11,515 bases of DNA from a virus. The DNA is taken from UHGV virus genome UHGV-0113878. One strand, written 5' to 3'. The position numbers were made by a program, and so were the translations under genes. The notes beneath the pieces were generated by a model. That model had not been told where the DNA came from and made no database searches. It was given only the letters and a program-made list of their open reading frames with translations. Below, piece by piece: positions 8,702-11,515 of this stretch (position 1 is the stretch's first letter; every line of letters starts with the position of its first letter).

Positions 8702-9112
8702 GTGGAAAACATGTCAGCCCAACTAACCAGTGAAACTTTAAATCAGTGGCTTAGCATGAGTTCTCTGGCGGCGGTGATAGCAGGAGTTCCTCCTGAGGTT
8801 GCTTTGGGGGCTTTGGCTGGAGCGGTAATTTTTGTTACCTCTGCGGTAGAGTATCCCATTCGTCGTCGTGTACTCTTGTCGATGCTTAGCTTTCTCTGCG
8901 GCCTTCTTTTTTATAAACCAGCAGCATCAATTCTTATCGGCATAGCCAGCCTGATCCCTACTATCACGCAGGACTCTTTTGAAAAAGGGATTGTTTTCTC
9001 TGCTGGTGCATTCGTGTCAGCAATCGTCGCAGTTCGAATTGGCATCTGGCTCTATCACCGTTCCGATAATCCACGCGAGTTAATTCCGGGGAGAAAAGGC
9101 GATGGTAACTAA
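8702..9112 (+). CDS. Small multi-pass membrane protein, first gene of lysis cassette (putative holin/antiholin-like); likely true start at ATG 8711
   Basis: About four hydrophobic helices and a charged C-terminal tail ([18 protein letters not shown]). GTG 8702 has no SD, whereas ATG 8711 has GGTGGA 4 nt upstream. The 3' end overlaps the next gene by 11 nt. Confidence 0.55.
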   Translation: MENMSAQLTSETLNQWLSMSSLAAVIAGVPPEVALGALAGAVIFVTSAVEYPIRRRVLLSMLSFLCGLLFYKPAASILIGIASLIPTITQDSFEKGIVFSAGAFVSAIVAVRIGIWLYHRSDNPRELIPGRKGDGN

Positions 9113-9410
9113 TGAGCTTGTTTTGCTTATCACCAATGCACTTATTTGTACTGGCATAGCAATTCGTGTTGTCACATTCCGGCGTAACGGTTCACAACAT
9201 CGAAGATGGGGTGGCTGGCTTGCTTATTTTCTGATTGTTGCTGCGGCCAGTATTCCAGTTCGTGCTGTCTATGCAATCTGGCTACGCACGCCAATGGCTG
9301 TGGATTTATCTGAGGTCATTATCAACGCTGTCATGCTTGCTGCGGTTCTTAAAACTCGCGGTAACGTTGTTCAGATTTTCAAAATAACGAGGTCTAAACA
9401 TGGAGATTAA
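9102..9410 (+). CDS. Putative class-I-like holin (3 TM, N-out/C-in predicted)
   Basis: 102 aa with three hydrophobic segments, a positively charged TM1-TM2 loop (RRNGSQHRR) and a charged C-terminus ([19 protein letters not shown]). It lies immediately upstream of, and overlapping, the endolysin gene. Confidence 0.6.
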   Translation: MVTNELVLLITNALICTGIAIRVVTFRRNGSQHRRWGGWLAYFLIVAAASIPVRAVYAIWLRTPMAVDLSEVIINAVMLAAVLKTRGNVVQIFKITRSKHGD

Positions 9411-10029
9411 ACAATTCCAACGAGCTGCTGGTATTAGCGAGGTGCTGGCCGCACGCTGGTTCTCGCATATAACTTCTGCGATGAAAGAGTTTGATATCAG
9501 CAAACCAGAAGATCAGGCAATGTTTATTGCTCAGGTCGGGCATGAGTCTGGAGGCTTCACCCGGTTGCAGGAAAATTTCAACTACAGCGTCAGCGGACTG
9601 GCGAGCTTTGTCAGGACTGGACGCCTCACCCAGGGACAGGCTAATGCACTGGGGCGCCGTGCTGGTGAACCACCATTGCCACTTGAGCGCCAGCGCGCGA
9701 TCGCAAATCTGGTTTACAGCAAACGCATGGGTAACAATGCTCCCGGCGATGGCTGGAATTACCGTGGGCGCGGGCTTATCCAGATTACCGGTTTGAATAA
9801 CTATCGTGACTGCGGAAACGGTCTGAAAGTTGACCTGCTGGAGAATCCTGAACTGCTGGCGCAGGACGAATACGCGGCTCGTAGCGCGGCGTGGTTCTTT
9901 GCCAGCAAAGGATGCATGAAGTATACCGGTGATATTGCACGTGTAACTCTGATTATCAATGGTGGCCGGAACGGCATCGACGACCGGCGCGCGCGGTACG
10001 TCACTGCCAGTAAGGTGCTGGCTATATGA
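9400..10029 (+). CDS. Endolysin, glycoside hydrolase family 19-like (chitinase-class-I-type phage lysozyme)
   Basis: 209 aa with GH19-type motifs: GHESGGF...ENFNY (Glu49 at nt 9544-9546, Glu58) and [15 protein letters not shown]. There is no N-terminal signal or SAR hydrophobic segment. GAGG lies 7 nt upstream of the ATG. Size and motifs resemble the GH19 endolysins of Salmonella phages such as SPN1S, as I recall them. Confidence 0.88.
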   Translation: MEIKQFQRAAGISEVLAARWFSHITSAMKEFDISKPEDQAMFIAQVGHESGGFTRLQENFNYSVSGLASFVRTGRLTQGQANALGRRAGEPPLPLERQRAIANLVYSKRMGNNAPGDGWNYRGRGLIQITGLNNYRDCGNGLKVDLLENPELLAQDEYAARSAAWFFASKGCMKYTGDIARVTLIINGGRNGIDDRRARYVTASKVLAI

Positions 10030-10508
10030 TCTTAGCATTCGTAAAAGCATATCAGAAACAACTACTTATCGTGGTGATGCTTGCTGCTCTGTTCATCGTC
10101 GGAGTGGTTGCCTGGAATATACACGGCAGTCGCCAGTACGATGCCGGGTATGCGCAGGCGGAAGAAGACCGCAAAGACGAAGAAGACAAAGTTCGTCAGT
10201 ACTACGAACAGGAGAAAGTGACCAATGAACGTGAAGCGCAGCAGAGAATCGACCAGGCGCGCAATGATGCTCTTGATGCTGCCGCTCGCGCTGGCAGGTT
10301 GCAGCAACAACTCTTTGCCATCCGTGAGCAGCTCAGGCAGTATAACGCCATTGTCGGCGCTGGGACGTCAGCCGCAGACACCGGAGTTTTGCTTGCCGAC
10401 GTGCTCAGCAAATCTCTCGAGAGAAACAGACAACTGGCAGAGTATGCTGACCGGGCAGCCGAAGCCGGAAGAGTCTGCGAAAAACAGTATGACACCCTGA
10501 CAAGATAG
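10026..10508 (+). CDS. i-spanin (Rz-like): N-terminal TM anchor plus periplasmic coiled coil
   Basis: The start overlaps the endolysin stop (ATGA). An N-terminal hydrophobic helix ([18 protein letters not shown]) is followed by a charged, Gln/Arg/Glu-rich helical region. A complete lipoprotein ORF is embedded in the +1 frame. Confidence 0.8.
   Translation: MILAFVKAYQKQLLIVVMLAALFIVGVVAWNIHGSRQYDAGYAQAEEDRKDEEDKVRQYYEQEKVTNEREAQQRIDQARNDALDAAARAGRLQQQLFAIREQLRQYNAIVGAGTSAADTGVLLADVLSKSLERNRQLAEYADRAAEAGRVCEKQYDTLTR
10225..10500 (+). CDS. o-spanin (Rz1-like outer-membrane lipoprotein), fully embedded in the i-spanin gene in the +1 frame
   Basis: Signal peptide with lipobox LALAG|C (Cys26, nt 10300-10302) and a Pro/Ser-rich mature region of ~66 aa. 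AGGAGA lies ~8 nt upstream of the ATG. The embedded layout matches the lambda Rz/Rz1 paradigm. Confidence 0.75.
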   Translation: MNVKRSRESTRRAMMLLMLPLALAGCSNNSLPSVSSSGSITPLSALGRQPQTPEFCLPTCSANLSRETDNWQSMLTGQPKPEESAKNSMTP

Positions 10509-10663
10509 CATGGCATTTTTCATGGTACTGATTTCCGGTGACGGTATATAAAACGGTACGGTGAAAATCATGTTGCAGGAAGTTGTTATCAGTCAATTGG
10601 TTATGGTATCCGTAAATAATTGAGTGGGAATGATTTTGATCCCTGCACTATGAATGAACAAAA

Positions 10664-10690
10664 CCCTCTGTTACTACAGAGGGTTTTTTA
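10664..10690. terminator. Bidirectional rho-independent terminator between convergent transcription units
   Basis: A 7-bp GC-rich stem CCCTCTG/CAGAGGG with loop TTACTA is flanked by an A-tract upstream (ACAAAA) and a T-tract downstream (TTTTTTA). It sits between the end of the + strand lysis cassette and the 3' end of the minus-strand gene. Confidence 0.7.
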
Positions 10691-10727
10691 TCTTCAAGAA
10701 TTATAGGCTTGAAGTTACTTACATCGA

Positions 10728-11267
10728 TTAATTAAACCAGCTGTCCGATTTGTTCTCTTCTGCTTTGCCCACGCTTTTCATCAGATCTCGACCGCCCTCA
10801 GTCATATTCCTGTTTGCGTCAGCTTCAGATTGCACCACATCGGTTTGCGCAGCTTTGTGCTTCAGTTCCTGATCGATAAATTCGTTTTCTCGCTTAACGC
10901 GGGCTTCTTCTTTCGCCAGCGCCAGTTTTTGTTTCTGAATCTCTAAGCTGCGTAGCTCATCTTGATAACTTTGATCGCGTTTTTTGTCCGCAGAGGCTTC
11001 GGCGTCCAGTTTATCCTGACGAGCTTTCTTATTTGCCGCTGCCGTTGTCGCTCTTTTGTTAGCGGCGGCCTGGGCGTTTGCGCGACGTTGCTTCTCTTGC
11101 TGGATTTCCCTGTTGCGCTCCGCGACCCATTCGTCATGCTGCCTTTGCTCTTCATTTTTACCTTGCTGTTCCGCTTCTGCGACAGCAGAGAGTTGATCCT
11201 GCAATGATGAGGCGATAGCCGGATAGCTTAAGGAAGCTAAGATGGCGCAAAGAAAAACTTTCTTCAT
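10728..11267 (-). CDS. Secreted/periplasmic highly charged coiled-coil protein of unknown function
   Basis: 179 aa with an N-terminal signal peptide (MKKVFLCAILASLSYPAIA|SS) followed by a Lys/Glu/Gln/Ala-rich predicted helical region. The SD (AGGAG) is correctly spaced. It is convergent with the phage genes. Confidence 0.7.
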   Translation of the reverse strand: MKKVFLCAILASLSYPAIASSLQDQLSAVAEAEQQGKNEEQRQHDEWVAERNREIQQEKQRRANAQAAANKRATTAAANKKARQDKLDAEASADKKRDQSYQDELRSLEIQKQKLALAKEEARVKRENEFIDQELKHKAAQTDVVQSEADANRNMTEGGRDLMKSVGKAEENKSDSWFN

Positions 11268-11282
11268 GACTCCTCCTGATTA

Positions 11283-11515
11283 TTAGCTCTTTTCAGGACA
11301 TTTGGTATTTGGCTGAATACGCGTTTCGTTATACGTCGTGGTAATAACAACGGCTAAACCTGTCGTAAACTGGCACTCTTTACCCACCTGGGTGGAGGTA
11401 TACACTTTGGTGCCTTCCTTATACGTTAGAGAAACACCTTCCACTAAGGTTTTATCATTCACCATAGAACCCGCTGCCGCGCCAACAGCTCCGCCGCCAA
11501 CTGCACCTAAGCATC
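11283..11515 (-). CDS. Glycine-zipper motif protein (partial; 5' end lies beyond the window), probable envelope protein
   Basis: The minus-strand frame is open to the window edge and translates to ...CLGAVGGGAVGAAAGSMVNDKTLVEGVSLTYKEGTKVYTSTQVGKECQFTTGLAVVITTTYNETRIQPNTKCPEKS*. A G/A-rich glycine-zipper segment precedes a beta-rich C-terminus. The ORF track's Met at 11465 is internal. The stop lies 15 nt upstream of the 179-aa gene start, so the two form an operon. Confidence 0.55.
   Translation of the reverse strand, partial: CLGAVGGGAVGAAAGSMVNDKTLVEGVSLTYKEGTKVYTSTQVGKECQFTTGLAVVITTTYNETRIQPNTKCPEKS

Noticed and set aside
9394-10050. Long antisense ORF (218 aa, minus strand) nearly co-extensive with the endolysin gene
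   Set aside because: The + strand frame carries clear GH19 motifs and sits in a coupled lysis operon. The antisense translation is Arg/Ser/Cys-rich with no recognisable features, so it is most likely a GC-driven shadow ORF.
10202-10596. Minus-strand ORFs across the spanin region (10202..10516, 10368..10571, 10405..10596)
   Set aside because: They are antisense to the Rz/Rz1 double-coding region. The lipobox-bearing + strand embedded ORF explains the open frames, and no SD or signal features support the minus-strand ORFs.
10943-11207. Alternate-frame ORFs inside the 179-aa secreted protein gene (10943..11155 minus, 10962..11207 plus)
   Set aside because: They are embedded in a gene with a strong signal peptide and SD; the alternative frames are low-complexity translations of the same repetitive charged region.
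1-11515. CRISPR arrays, tRNA genes or an att-linked tRNA
   Set aside because: No regularly spaced direct repeats and no cloverleaf-like sequence were seen. The only short repeats are the coding repeats in the needle gene and the intergenic palindromes.

Overview
The window reads as the distal end of the late (virion and lysis) operon of a P22-like short-tailed prophage in an enterobacterial genome, followed by two convergently transcribed genes that look host-like. All phage genes are on the + strand and tightly packed, often with overlapping stop/start codons (TAATG, ATGA). In order: the 3' tip of an upstream gene; a tail needle (gp26-like) with a six-unit 14-residue coiled-coil repeat and a C-terminal knob; a gp14-position protein; three ejection proteins (gp7-, gp20- and gp16-position), the last carrying an N-terminal lytic transglycosylase (SLT) domain; a tailspike with a conserved P22/Sf6/HK620-type head-binding N-terminus and a divergent, AT-rich receptor-binding region; a structured AT-rich intergenic region; and a lysis cassette (two small membrane proteins, a GH19-type endolysin, and an embedded Rz/Rz1 spanin pair). 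A bidirectional rho-independent terminator separates the cassette from a minus-strand operon encoding a secreted charged coiled-coil protein and a glycine-zipper protein that runs off the window edge. No rRNA, tRNA or CRISPR array was seen. The most interesting points are the modular tailspike, the SLT-domain ejection protein, and the lysis cassette sitting downstream of the tailspike, which is not the canonical P22 position. All homology statements rest on motif recognition and recall of family sequences, not on a database search.
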